The notes: a model not told the origin generated them from the letters alone. A stretch of DNA of 64,000 nucleotides from Octopus vulgaris (GCA_951406725.2 OX597838.1:29760001-29824000), one strand, 5' to 3'; positions 38,585 to 51,440 are shown, counted from the first letter of the stretch. Numbers and translations are program-made.

Positions 38585-38963
38585 TTTACTTGTTTCAGTC
38601 ATTTGACTGCGGCCATGCTAGAGCACCGCCTTTTAGTCGAGCAAATCGACCCCAGGACTTATTCTTTGTAAGCCTGGTACTTATTCTATCGGTCTCTTTT
38701 GCCGAACCGCTAAGTAACGGGGACGTAAACACACCAGCATCGGTTGTCAAGCGATGTCGGGGGGGACAAACACAGACACACACACATATATATATATATA
38801 CGACAGGCTTTTTTCAGTTTCCGTCTACCAAATCCACTCACAAGGCTTTGGTTGGGCCGAGGCTATAGTAGAAGACACTTGCCCAAGGTGCTACGCAGTG
38901 GGACTGAACCCGGAACCGTGTGGTTGCTAGGCAAGCTACTTCCCACACAGCCACTCCTGCGCC

Positions 38964-38964
<1 letters not shown>
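38585..38964 (-). mobile_element. SINE family A
   Basis: full-length reverse complement. Confidence 0.85.
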
Positions 38965-39004
<40 letters not shown>

Positions 39005-39012
<8 letters not shown>

Positions 39013-39240
39013 CACTATTCGAACTTGATCGATACCAGGCCCACCTGACTGGCTCTTATGCCGGTGGCACATAAAAAGCACCCACCACACTCTGTAAAGT
39101 GGCTGGCATTAGGAAGGGCATCCAGCTGTAGAAACACTGCCTGATCAGACTGGACCCAGGTGCAGCCACTGGCTCTCCAGACCTCAGTCAAACTGTCCAA
39201 CCCATGGCAGCATGGAGAACGGACGTTAAACGATGATGAT
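39005..39240 (+). mobile_element. RTE LINE 3' UTR fragment (family C)
   Basis: consensus match and (GAT)n tail. Confidence 0.8.
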
Positions 39241-39260
39241 ATATATTGTATATATATATG

Positions 39261-39395
39261 TGTTTGACTCAGCTTCACGTTGAAGTTTTGTGGACATGTA
39301 GAACAAGTCCAACCCCTTCTCATGCTTGAAGACATCTGAACGAGTTGGACATGCCCTACATATCCACAAAACGTTTAGTGGAACTAAGTTAAACT
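39261..39395. repeat. imperfect inverted repeat (~50-bp arms), probably pLTR-derived
   Basis: gtttgactcag..gttttgtggacatgtag..gtccaac / gttggac..ctacatatccacaaaac..ctaagttaaac. Confidence 0.65.
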
Positions 39396-39563
39396 ATTGA
39401 TAAATACATGTAACAAGAAACGTGTTGAGTGTTACTTCTTTTGTTTGTTCACACACACACACGGTTTGTATAGGCAGGCAGAGAAAGTCAGAGAGAGAGA
39501 GAGTGACAAAAGCAATTATACACAAATAATCACAGACATTCACAAACACATATATATATATAT

Positions 39564-39595
<32 letters not shown>

Positions 39596-39598
<3 letters not shown>

Positions 39599-40268
39599 TC
39601 TGTTGTGTCTGGGGTGAGTCATTCTCTTTTAGTGCCTTATTATTGAACACCCTCACCGGTAAAGTTTCCACTCATTTGTTTATTTTTCCTGAAATTTTCG
39701 AACGGACAAAGTCAACGACCATTGAAAAGGTTGCAAGACACAACGGAAATTTTTAGGAAAAATAAACAAGGCGCAGGAGTGGCTGTGTGGTAAGTAGCTT
39801 GCTTACCAACCACATGGTTCTGGGTTCAGTCCCACTGCGTGGCATCTTGGGCAAGTGTCTTCCGCTATAGCCTCGGGCCGACCAATGCCTTGTGAGTGGA
39901 TTTGGTAGACGGAAACTGAAAGAAGCCTGTCGTATATATGTATACATATATGTATGTGTGTGTATATGTTTGTGTATCTGTGTTTGTCCCCCCCACCATC
40001 GCTTGACAACCGATGCTGGTGTGTTTACGTCTCTGTCACTTTGCGGTTTGGCAAAAAGAGACCGATAGAATAAGTACTGGGCTTACAAAGAATAAGTCCC
40101 GGGGTCGATTTGCTCGACTAAAGGTGGTGCTCCAGCATGGCCGCAGTCAAATGACTGAAACAAGTAAAAGAGTAAAAGAATAAGTAAATGACTGGAAGCT
40201 TTACCAACGAGTGTGTTAAATTACAAGGCACTAAAAGAGAATGACTCTCCACAGATACAACAAAATTT
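39596..40268. mobile_element. foldback element (~105-bp arms) whose right arm is split by a family A SINE
   Basis: gagtcattctcttttagtgcctt at ~39617 versus aaggcactaaaagagaatgactc at ~40225; tttatttttcct versus aggaaaaataaa. Confidence 0.75.
39768..40180 (+). mobile_element. SINE family A
   Basis: aggcgcaggagtggctgtgtgg...gaaacaagtaaaagagtaaaag. Confidence 0.9.
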
Positions 40269-40626
40269 GCTTCAACACACGAACTCACATAAAGAATCTT
40301 ACAAACCAAATCCCAAAACGAAATAAGATGTGCGTGCGTGCGTGCGTGTGTGTGCATGCATGAATGTATGTATGTGTATACACACACATTAACACATGCG
40401 CACACACACAACACAAACAGCGGACGGACATGTAGAGAGGGGGAGAAGGTAGAGGAGACGCGGTATAGGAGTGTCATGAACACTCATAAAAAAATTAAAA
40501 AATAAATAAATAAACGAAAAAATGTAGACACTTTCGAAACACCAAAATAAATTGTATTTCAAATACAATTTAACAAGACAAAAAAAATTAATAACAAAGC
40601 CAATTATTCAGGTGATAATTGTGTAC

Positions 40627-40741
40627 CTGCAATTGCCGCCGACATCTAAAAGTGCTTCTTGGGGTCGCCTCTTCAGTTTCCTCGTCGTCCATTGCCTGAG
40701 ATCCAACAGCAGCAGCAACAGTGGCTTCACTCTTCATCCGT
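40627..40741 (-). CDS. candidate internal coding exon (115 bp) of an unidentified host gene
   Basis: Strong acceptor (T-run, then ctaatattttatAG) and donor CAG|GTacac. GC-rich unique sequence. Only one open frame: RMKSEATVAAAVGSQAMDDEETEEATPRSTFRCRRQLQ. Confidence 0.6.
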
Positions 40742-40889
40742 CTATAAAATATTAGAAAAAAAAAGCCAACAGAACATTATTATTATTAAAGTTACCATCG
40801 TCGTCGTCATGGCTTAATTACAATTTCCCTGGACAAACTCGTTAAGGATTATCTAACAGAGATAGGGAGAGGGGGAGAGATAGCGTTAA

Positions 40890-41075
40890 TAGCAGAGAGA
40901 GAGAGACAGACAGACAGACAGAGAAATAGAAATATAGACAGAAAGAGAGATAGGCAGACAGAGAGATAGACAGACAGTTAGATAGACAAACAAACAAATA
41001 GACCGACAGACAGGCAGTCAAACAGTCAGTCAGACAGACAGACAGACAGAGAAATAGAGAGATAGACAGACAGAG

Positions 41076-41150
<75 letters not shown>

Positions 41151-41512
41151 GAGATAGATAGACAGACAGATAGATAAACCGACAGACAGACAGAGAGATA
41201 GACAGATAGACAGAGAGACAGACAGATAGATAGACCGACAGACAGACAGAGAGATAGACAGACAGATAGATAGACCGACAGACAGTTAGATAGACAAACA
41301 AACAAATAGATAGACCGACAGACAAGCAGACAAACAGAAAGATAGACAGATAGACAGACCGTTAGATAGACAAATAGATAGACCAACAGACAGGCAGCAG
41401 ACAGACAGATAGATAGACCGACAGACAGATAGTATCAATAGCAGAGATAGACAGATAGTATCAATAGCAGAGAGATAGTATTAATAACAGAGCGAGAAGA
41501 GACAGACAGACA
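40890..41512. repeat. (GATA)n/(GACA)n compound microsatellite
   Basis: direct reading. Confidence 0.95.
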
Positions 41513-41589
41513 GTATTTAATAAGAGAGGCGATGGTTTTAAAGGTGGTACGATCGGTCGGGCTGGCTGGTGGTCTTTAATGACTAAAAC

Positions 41590-41711
41590 CTAATCATTTT
41601 ATTACATGACATTCCTGCTTTAGACTCTTCTACTTTTCCTCCATCACCAACATCATCCTCTGAGTCTGACTCTAGAGCCACCGACAGATAGTCTAATTCT
41701 TTAATAAACAT
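41590..41711 (-). CDS. candidate upstream coding exon, phase-compatible with 40627-40741
   Basis: MFIKELDYLSVALESDSEDDVGDGGKVEESKAGMSCNKMI-AG|GTttta. AG plus the first A of the next exon makes Arg. Donor is weak. Confidence 0.4.
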
Positions 41712-41885
41712 GACCTTTTCGCCATTTATACAATCAGAGATGTTTCAAACACCGTTTAATATTGAAGAGGCAGGCTTTGCTTTATGATTCTTCTTATAAT
41801 CAACATTTGACGACTGTTCTTGTAAAACCTAGATTATTATTTCATGTTGTTTTATGAAAGCCCCTTGTGGCTAATAAAAGACTGA

Positions 41886-42110
41886 ATTATTATCATCATT
41901 ATTATTATTATTATTATTAATAATATTAATACTATCATTAATATTATTATTATTAATAATATTAATATTATCATTAATATTATTATTATTAATATTATCA
42001 TTAATATTATTATTTTTAATATTATTATTATTATCATCATCATTAATATTATTATTATTATTATTAATATTATTATAATATTATAATTAATATTATTATT
42101 ATTATTATTA
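41886..42110. repeat. (TAT/CAT)n microsatellite
   Basis: direct reading. Confidence 0.95.
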
Positions 42111-43261
42111 GATTCGTTCTGACTTTTTATATTTAAAAAATACAAATTGAATTCGAATCGTTTCGTTTTCTTTGTATCATTCCTCAGCTTTGAATGAACA
42201 TAAAAATTCGCTTGTCTTAGCTGAATATTATTTCTCAAGACTTAAGGAGCAACGACACAACCATATGTTGATCATATTATTAAATATATACACACACACA
42301 CACACACACACGAAACTGCAGAATTATATATAAATACATACACATACAAAAATACACAGACACACACACACATACCCCCACACAAATATAATTACACAAA
42401 ACAATGATATAAAATCATAAATACTACAAAGTCGTCTATACTCGCTTCATTTCACCATCACGCTATAGTTTTAACGTCTACTTTTCCATGCTTGCATGGG
42501 TCAGACGGAATTCGTTGAGGCAGATTTTCTACAGCCAGATGCTCTTCATGTCACCAATTGAAGTGTGCGGGTGCGTACATGCATATATGGATATGAACAC
42601 ACACACACACACGTGTGTGTGTGTGGGGGGGGTACTGTTGAATGAATGAACACATCCACCCTTATGGTTGAAGATCAGAGGCCTCATACACACCCACCCA
42701 TCCTCACCACGCACTACAGTCTCACACTAGGGTCCTAGTCCCTTCCTATGTAGTCTTTGATGTCATCTCGCCATCTTTGTCTTTATCACCAGCAGACCCA
42801 TTTTTCCATTCAACCAACCCCAGAAGCTTTGAGCCTTGATAATTCATTCTTCCAGATTTTGATACCAGACCAACATTTTTTTTTTTTGGTTTGGGGGGGG
42901 GCGGAGTTATTTGGTTACATTGCTCCCACCCACCCACCCCCGGTGCTCAACAGGTACTTGTTTTATAAACCCTAAAAGAATGAAATGCAAAGCTGACCTC
43001 AGCAGAATTTGAACTCAGAATGTAAAGAGAAGCAAAATGCCACTAAACATAACTACACTTTCAGAACTTCCTCCTCCACTGCAAACTTGGTCTCCTAGGT
43101 AACAGAAGACATCTACTACTTCTAATGATTCACTCGAGCATTTGAGGAAGTCTATTGCCTGTGTATTTTTAGCGTTTATTCTACCTGTACATTTGCGACA
43201 CACAAAGACCACATTCTCTGTTAACCTTCCTGTTACTGTTCCACTTCTTGTGTGTCCAAAC

Positions 43262-43846
43262 CTTGCACTGGAGTTTCTACCAGCATCCTTTGTACATAAT
43301 GAGCAGGGCCAACTTTGCAAAAGTTCAGAGAGCTTCTACTCTTGTTGGTAACTAAGGGCCTCTCCCTCAGAGTTCAAAGCTTGCACTGGAAGTTTCTACC
43401 AGCATCCTTTGTACATATTGAGCAGGGCCAACTTTGCAAAAGTTCAGAGAGCTTCTACTCTTGTTGGTAACTAAGGGCCTCTCCCTCAGAGTTCAAAGCT
43501 TGCACTGAAGTTTCTACCAGCATCCTTTGTACATATTGAGCAGGGCCAACTTTGCAAAAGTTCAGAGAGCTTCTACTCTTGTTGGTAACTAAGGGCCTCT
43601 CCCTCAGAGTTCAAAGCTTGCACTGAAGTTTCTACCAGCGTCCTTTGTACATAATGAGCAGGGCCAACTTTGCAAAAGTTCAGAGAGCTTCTACTCTTGT
43701 TGGTAACTAAGGGCCTCTCCCTCAGAGTTCAAAGCTTGCACTGAAGTTTCTACCAGCATCCTTTGTACATATTGAGCAGGGCCAAATTTGCAAAAGTTCA
43801 GAGAGCTTCTACTGTTGTTGGTAACTAAGGGCCTCTCCCTCAGAGT
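43262..43846 (+). repeat. 5 tandem copies of a ~119-bp unit
   Basis: cttgcactg..ttctaccagcatcctttgtacat..gagcagggccaactttgcaaaagttcagagagc..ctctccctcagagt. Confidence 0.95.
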
Positions 43847-44463
43847 GTGAGGCAGATTGTATGATGCCTGTGTACATACAACTGTACTACATGGCAGTAA
43901 AATAGAAGACTTGCAGAAGCTTCAAAGAAATGAAGCTAGCATGCTCTGCTGGATGGGTAATGTCAGTGTGCATGCACGACAGGGTGTAAAGGATTTGAGA
44001 AGAAAACTGGGTGTAATAGGCATCAGGTGTTGTGTGCAAGAGAGATGACTGTGCTGGTTTGGTCATGTGATGCATATGGATGAAGACAGCAGCATAAAGA
44101 AGTGGTGAGCTCTGACTATGGAGGGAACCAGTGGAAGGAGTAGACCCAGGGAGACATGGGACAAAGTGGTGAGAAAGGATCTTGGGATGTTGGGCCCCAC
44201 TAAGGCAATGCCAAGGGACTTGGAGATGAGGCAATTTGCTGTACTTTATAAAACATGTCAAGCTAAGTAAAATTGCTGTTTTCCATACATACAGGATTGT
44301 CTTTCTGGATGCCAGTGCCACTTAAAAAGTGGCCATGCTGGTAACATGTAAAAAAAAACCATCCAGCACACTCTGATAAGCAGTTGGCACGAGGAAGGGC
44401 ATCCAGCCATAGAAACCATGCCACAACAGACGGATTAGAGTCTGGACAGCTACCTGGCTATCC

Positions 44464-44847
44464 TCTATGGAAGCACTCCGTCGGTTACGACGATGAGGGT
44501 TCCGGTTGATCCGAATCAACGGAACAGCCTGCTCGTGAAATTAACGTGTAAGTGGCTGAGCACTCTACAGACACGTGCACCCTTAACGTAGTTCTCGGAG
44601 ATATTCAGCGTGACACAGAGAGTGACAAGGCCGGCCCCTTGAAATACAGGTACAACAGAAACAGGAAGTAAGAGTGAGAGAAAGTTGTGGTGAAAGAGTA
44701 CAGCAGGGATCACCACCATCCCCTGCCGGAGCCTCGTGGAGCTTTTTTAGGTGTTTTCACTCAATAAACACTCACAACGCCCGGTCTGGGAATCGAAACC
44801 GCGATCCTATGACCGCGAGTCTGCTGCTCTAACCACTGGGCCTCCAC
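44464..44847 (-). mobile_element. SINE family D with 12-bp TSD
   Basis: acctggctatcc at 44452-44463 and 44848-44859; tRNA-like A/B boxes on the minus strand. Confidence 0.85.
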
Positions 44848-45589
44848 ACCTGGCTATCCATCTCCATGTAAAACCATCCAACCCCAGACCAGCATGAAAA
44901 ATGGGCATTAAACATTATAGCATAGATATGAGAGATTGGATCTGGCCAGTTGGAAGATAAAACAGGTAGACTATGACTATTTTGGCTGGTTTAAGGACCA
45001 GTTTTCCAGACTCACATGTGTATGAATGCCTACAGTTAGACTGCAATTGCTTGTATGATAGCATGGCTGATGGCCGTTGTCTGTTATGCTGTCAACAAAT
45101 TGTCTCAGGGCACAAAGTGCCTTCAAAGCCATGTGGAATAAATGATGATTACCAACTTGAAAAACAGGTCAGGGTTAGTAGTAGAAAGAGGGCATCTTGT
45201 AAAACAGGTCAGGGTTAGTAGTAAAAAGAGGGCATCTTGTGGTAAAAGAACACCTCAAATAGCATTCAACCAATCCAGTACAAGCATGGGAAAACAAAAA
45301 AAGTCATAAAATGAATACACAAATGATCGAAGCTTTCTAAAGACACAGAGGAAGAGAGATTAATATGCTGTCACAATATAATTTATTAATTATGATGTTA
45401 ATTATTTAAGGTGGATGAACTGGCAGACTGAGTAGCACGCTGGGCAAAGTGTCATGTGCCATTTATATTCTAGGTTCAAATTCTGTCAAAATTAACTTAG
45501 CCGTTCATCCCTTCAGGATCAATAAAATACTAGTTGAGCGCCTAAATTGCTGGCCTTGTGCCACAATTTGAGATCATTGTTATTCTTTT

Positions 45590-45978
45590 TTTCTTATTTG
45601 TTTCAGTCATTTGACTGTGGCCATGCTGGAGCACTGCCTTTAGTTGAACAAATCATCTCCAGGACTTATTCTTTGAAAGCCTAGTACTTATTCTATCATT
45701 TTTTTTTTTGCCGAATCGCTAAGTTATGGGGACGTAAACACACCAACATCGGTTGTCAAGCGATGATGGTGGGGACAAACACAGACACACAAACATATAC
45801 ATATAATATACAACAGGCTTCTTTCAGTTTCTGTCTACCAAATCCACTCACGAGTCTTTGGTCGACCTGAGGCTATAGCAGAAGACACTTGCCCAAGATG
45901 CAATGCAGTGAGATTGAACCCAGAACCATGTGGTTCGTAAGCAAGCTACTTACCTACCATACAGCCACTCCTGCACCT
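45590..45978 (-). mobile_element. SINE family A
   Basis: full-length reverse complement. Confidence 0.85.
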
Positions 45979-46216
45979 ATTATTATTACTACAAAGATTC
46001 CACCAAGGTAGACTTTGCCTTTCATCCTTTTGGAGGTTGATAAAATATGTACCAGTGAAACACTGGGGTCAATGTTATCAACAAGTCCCGTCCCCAGCAA
46101 TTTCAGACCTTGTGCCTTTAGTAGAAAGGGTTATTACTACTACAAAGGCAGGGAGTTGACAGAATCATTAGCATGTTGGAAAAAATGCTTAGCGACATTT
46201 TTTCTAGCTTTTTACT

Positions 46217-46660
46217 ATCATCATCATTTAACATCAGTTTTCCATTCTGGCACGGGTTGGATGATTCGACTGGGGTCTGGAAAGCCAGGGGGCTGCACCA
46301 GACTCCAGTCTGATCTGGCAATGTTTCTACATCTGGATGCCCTTCCTAACGCCAACCACTCTGAGTGTAGTGGGTGCTTTTTATGTGCCACCGGCACAGG
46401 GGCCAGAGGGTGCTTGCATCGACCACGATCAGATGGTGCTTTTTATGTGCCACCGGCACAGGGACCAGAGGGGGCTGGCATCAACCACGATCAGATGGTG
46501 ATTTTTACATGCCACCAGCATGGGAGCCAGTCAAGACGGTGCTGGCATCAGCCATGTTCGGATGGTGCTTTTTACGTGCCACCAGTACAGGGATTACAAC
46601 TACAATTTCCATTTGATTGAGATTTGATTTCTTTTTAATGTACTTGACTCAATAGGTCCC
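46217..46660 (-). mobile_element. RTE LINE 3' UTR (family C) with internal ~58-bp repeats, inside a family B SINE
   Basis: repeated gatggtgctttt(t)atgtgccacc. Confidence 0.8.
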
Positions 46661-46872
46661 CTCAAGCACAGCCAAGGTCAACTTTGCCTTTCATCCTTTT
46701 AGGGTCATTAAAATAAGCATCAGTCAAATACTGGGGGGTTGATGTAACCAACTTAGCCCATCTCTCCTGAGATTGCTGGCCTTGAGCCAAAATTTAAAAC
46801 TTATGATTTATGTGAACAAGTAATTCTAAGAAATTGACAAAAAAATGTCTTATTTACAATGGAGGAGAAGTG

Positions 46873-47210
46873 TCCTCACCTTGTTTGTTGTTATAACATT
46901 TTGGCTTATGTACTCTCCAGCCTTCATCAGGAGTCCTCGTGGAATTTCAAACCCAACCCTTTATTTGACTAATGGGGCGCACTGTTCTCATTCCTAAGGT
47001 ATTTTTCAAGTCCCTGCCTGGGACTGAACTTATCCCAGGCAGGTACTCGAGAAATAATATCAGAAGAAAATAGCATCAGCAACATACCTTAGGAATGAGA
47101 ACAGTGTACCCCATTAGTCAAATAAAGGGTCGGGTTCAAAATTCCACCAGAACACCTGATGAAGGCTGGAGAGTAGATCAGATGAAATGTTAAGATAACA
47201 AGGATGAGGA
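46873..47210. mobile_element. Penelope-like foldback (~130-bp arms) with degenerate hammerhead cores and an inner hairpin
   Basis: arms 46873-47001 / 47084-47210; CTGATGA-a-ggctg at 47156(+) and 46930(-); cctgcctggga/tcccaggcagg at 47013-47043. Confidence 0.75.
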
Positions 47211-47986
47211 TACTTATCTGTCCACAGTAAATAATGTGCATAATTCCTTATCTCGAAAATATAGAATAAAAAAATGTTTGTTGGGAAAAGGTGCTGGTAC
47301 CACAATTAGCCTAAAGCCACAATCAACCCCACTCCGTGCAGCTGAATTGGAAATGTTTTGACCCTTCTGTTAACCTATTCTTGTTGAAATACACTGCTTT
47401 TAATACAATAAATTTTGAAAATACAGAAGAATTCAGTAAAATGACTCAATTTGTTAGTGTTTGGAACATAGAATGAAATTTTGGTGGAAGGTTTTAGATT
47501 ACTATAAAACAGGAAATTTGTATCACAGAACCAGGAATGGTTCTCAGGCGTGCTGCTATCGAGTTCAACCTTTTTGTTAGCATATTTCTCTCGGAATACA
47601 TTTAGTTTCTGTTGGTGCTGAAAATGATGAAGAATTCAGTAAAATAATAGTCATTATTAAGCTGGTGCTGGAACATAATTAGATCACTTTCATAAAGTGA
47701 GGTTTGTACACAGAGCTGGGTGGTGGGAGTGGGGCAACCTCAGGTGAGATGGGACCAAAAGGATTAAAAATTATTTTGGGGTATGGTTTCATTTCATTTC
47801 TCTATTTTGCATTTGGTGTCTCCAACTTGCCCCTCTCCACAAAAAAATTTCATGAACCCCATCACAGTGTAACACCTTGGGCAAGTGTCATCTACTATAT
47901 AGCCCCAGGCCAACCAAAACAGTGAGTGTGTTTGGTAAACAGAAACTGATAATCAATTAGATTATCCTGCAAAATGAAATTTAAAA

Positions 47987-48220
47987 AAGGCGGCGAGCTG
48001 GCAGAAGCGTTAGCACGCTGGGCGAAATGCTTATCGGTATTTCGTCTGCTGTTACGTTCTGAGTTCAAATTCCACCGAGGTCGACTTTGCCTTTCATCCT
48101 TTCAGGGTCGATAAATCAAGTACCAGTTACGCACTAGGATCGATGTAATCAACTTAATCCCTTTGTCTATCCTTGTTTGTCCCCTCTGTGTTTAGCCCCT
48201 TGTGGGCAATAAAGAAATAA
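47987..48220 (+). mobile_element. full-length family B SINE
   Basis: aaggcggcgagctggcagaa...gagttcaaattcc..Meta-like core..gccccttgtgggcaataaagaaat. Confidence 0.85.
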
Positions 48221-48962
48221 ACTGAAAGAAGCCAGTTGTGTGTGGGTGTTAGTGTCTCCTCTTGACATTTGTGTAATTGATGTAAACGAGTGTCCCTGTC
48301 GTATCAGCAGCGTCCTTTGTTTCCAATCTTCTGTAAAAACGTGTCCAGTGGTAAGGAAAAATATTACTTTACTTGGAAATAAAGATTTAGCAGAGTAGGA
48401 AGGGCCTCCAAGCTACAAAAAAAATCTGCCTCAAGAGTTCCATGTAACCCATGCAAGAATGGGAAAATGGATATCAGATGATGATGCCCTAGATCAAACC
48501 ATTCAGCATACAAATAAAAAAAAGAAGTGTCCTTAACTCGCATCAACAAACAATATCTTCCTCCACAGACATCCCTAACCAACACACAAACACAGCTGAT
48601 CCCTTTCTCACCTCCAAACCCTGACCACCTCATTCTGATTATTTAATGCCTACTTTCCCATGCTGGCATGGGTTGGACCATTCAAGAGAAATCAACAAGT
48701 CAAGAGGACTGCACTCAACTCCCATTGGTTTGGCAGGGTTTTTACAGCTGGATGCCCTTCCTAATGCCAATCACTTTACACAGTATACTGGGTGCTTTTT
48801 ATATGGCACCAGCTTTAGTGAGGTCACCAGGTAACTCACAGGACCCCTTCAACTGAGGAGAGAATAGTACTGTAAGAAATGGCTTTAGGGTAGGTGTTGA
48901 TAAGCTACAAAGTATAATAGATGAACAGGTGTCTTTCTTTAAGGAGATCGTCATTATCATTA

Positions 48963-49200
48963 TTTATTTCTTTATTGCCCACAGGGGGCTAAACGTAGAG
49001 GGGACAAACAAGGACAGACAAAGGGATTAAGTCAATTACATCAACCCCAGTGCGTAACTGGTACTTATTTAATCGACCCCGAAAGGATGAAAGGCAAAGT
49101 CAGCCTTGGCGGAATTTGAACTCAGAACGAAATATCGGGAGACAAAATACCGCTAAGTATTTCGCCCGGCGTGCTAACAGTTCTGCCAGCTTGCTGCCTT
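48963..49200 (-). mobile_element. full-length family B SINE
   Basis: reverse complement of 47987-48220. Confidence 0.85.
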
Positions 49201-50077
49201 ATCATTAATTATCATTATTTAACGTCCATTGTCCATGCTGGCAGGGGTTGGACAGTTTGACCAGGGCTGGTCAGCTGGAAGCCTGTACCGGACTCTAGTC
49301 TGATTTGGCATGGTTTTTACAGCTGGGTGCCCTTCTTAATGCCAGCCACTCCAAGAGTGTATTGGGTGCTTTTATGTGCCACTAGCATGGGTGTCCTTTG
49401 CGCCACACCTGTATCTGACACGACTACGATTCCACTTGATATAGCTATCAAACTGTTTGATCCTCGCCTGATTAAGATGACTCACCACAAATCTATACGA
49501 AATAAACCACCACCACCTCCCAGGCCCTGTGACACTTCAAGTTACCAAACAAGTCAAAACTCTGCCAATTCTTATGCTAACTAGGGAATATCCATGGTTT
49601 TCTTTTTGTTATTTTTGGCTCTCAACACAGCAAACTTCTTTCTTCAGCAATCCCAACCCTTACCAAACCAAAGACGGTGGCAGTAACCCAACATTTTGTT
49701 TTAATACTTATAAAGGATTTATTCCACACTACAAACTTATTTCTCAAATGACTGCTAACTTTTTGAAGTGGGCTTCTTTTTCCGCCAAGTATGGCAGACA
49801 TACAACGATTATAATTTAACTTATATAAAATTTCTTGGTACTTATACAAGATCCTGAAATGAATACTAATTTTACAAAATAAAATTATGATAACTCGTTA
49901 GCATTTATACTGGTCATATCCTGCTAAAATAGTCAACCTGTTTTGTTTTTTTTTCAAACTGGCTAGATTTGACCTCTCATACTTTATCCTACACTGTCAT
50001 TCTAAAACTATTTGTGTGTACGCAATATCATAGTGAAATTGTGCTTGTAAAAAATGTGTGTGTGTGTGTGTGTATAT

Positions 50078-50229
50078 AGGCGCAGGAGTGGTGTGTGTGT
50101 GGTAAGTAGCTTGCTTACCAACCACATGATTCAGGGTTCAGTCCCACTGCGTGGCACCTTGGGCAAGTGTCTTCTACTATAGCCTTGTGAGTGGATTTGG
50201 TTGACGGAAACTGAAAGAAGACCATTGTA

Positions 50230-50279
<50 letters not shown>

Positions 50280-50497
50280 GGTGTGTGTTTGTCCCTCCCC
50301 ACACACACACACACACAACATCGCCTGACAACCGATGCTGGTGTATTTACGTCCCCCGTAACTTAGCGGTTCAGCAAAAGAGACCGATAGAATAAGTACT
50401 AGGCTTACAAAGAATAAGCCCCGGGGTCGATTTGCCCGACTAAAGGCGGTGCTCCAGCATGGCCACAGTCAAATGACTGAAACAAGTAAAAGAGAGT
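50078..50497 (+). mobile_element. SINE family A inside a piggyBac-like MITE
   Basis: consensus match; MITE halves at 49893-50010 and 50648-50697. Confidence 0.8.
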
Positions 50498-50984
50498 GTA
50501 AATATATATATATATAAACTCGTGCATGTGTATGTGTCTATGTAGATGTATAGTATGGACATGTATACTGTGCGTATATATGTATTTATATGCATATAAA
50601 AGTGTGTATATATGTGTACATATTGTATGATTAATGCAAAACAATGTAAATAAACAATCAATGATTTTGACAGAGTAATCTGAAAGCTAAAGGGTTAGAA
50701 TTAATTTAATTTAAACAAATTTCTCATTTGCATATTTGCAATATGTTAATTTTCTCAATTTAACATAATTTATACCTTTGGAAACTTATTTCTGCTAAAC
50801 TTCATTTTAGCATTTAAACCGGTCAGATCCGGCCAAAATATTCTGCCCGTTTTATGTTAAAACCGACCAGATCCAGCCTCTCACACCTACCCTACAATGT
50901 CATTCTAAAAATATGCAAACACACCAGTGAAATCTTGAAGCTATGAAGTAATGCATGATTCATTCAAAGCAATGTGAATAAATA

Positions 50985-51155
50985 GGTACAGGAGTGGCTG
51001 TGTGGTAAATAGCTTGTTTACCAACCACATGGTTCCGGGTTCAGTCCCACTGCATGGCATTCTGGGCAAGTCTCTTCTGCTATAGCCTCGGGCCGACCAA
51101 AGCCTTGTGAGTGGATTTGGTAGACGGAAACTGAAAGAAGCCAGTCGTATATATG

Positions 51156-51237
<82 letters not shown>

Positions 51238-51440
51238 ATATGTGTGTGTATGTGTGTGTGTGTCTGTGTTTGTCCCCCTAGCATTGCTTGACAACCAATG
51301 CTGGTGTGTTTACGTCCCCGTCACTTAGCGGTTTGGCAAAAGAGACCAATAGAATAAGTCCAAAGAATAAGGGAGTTGAGTTGCTCGATTAAAGGTGGTG
51401 CTCCAGCATGGCCGCAGTCAAAATGACTGAAACAAGTAAA
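50985..51440 (+). mobile_element. SINE family A inside a piggyBac-like MITE
   Basis: consensus match; MITE halves at 50805-50984 and 51460-51495. Confidence 0.8.

Larger units (their letters stand above)
43051..44915 (+). mobile_element. RTE-clade LINE with 5' inversion, amplified junction and nested SINE
   Basis: Minus 43051-43316: WPCSLC..GRLTENVVFVCRKC..LEVVDVFCYLGD..GGG. Plus from ~43792: KFRELL.LLVTKGLSLRV..LYDACV..LHGS..WFGHV..GRPRETWDKVV, followed by the family C UTR. Confidence 0.85.
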
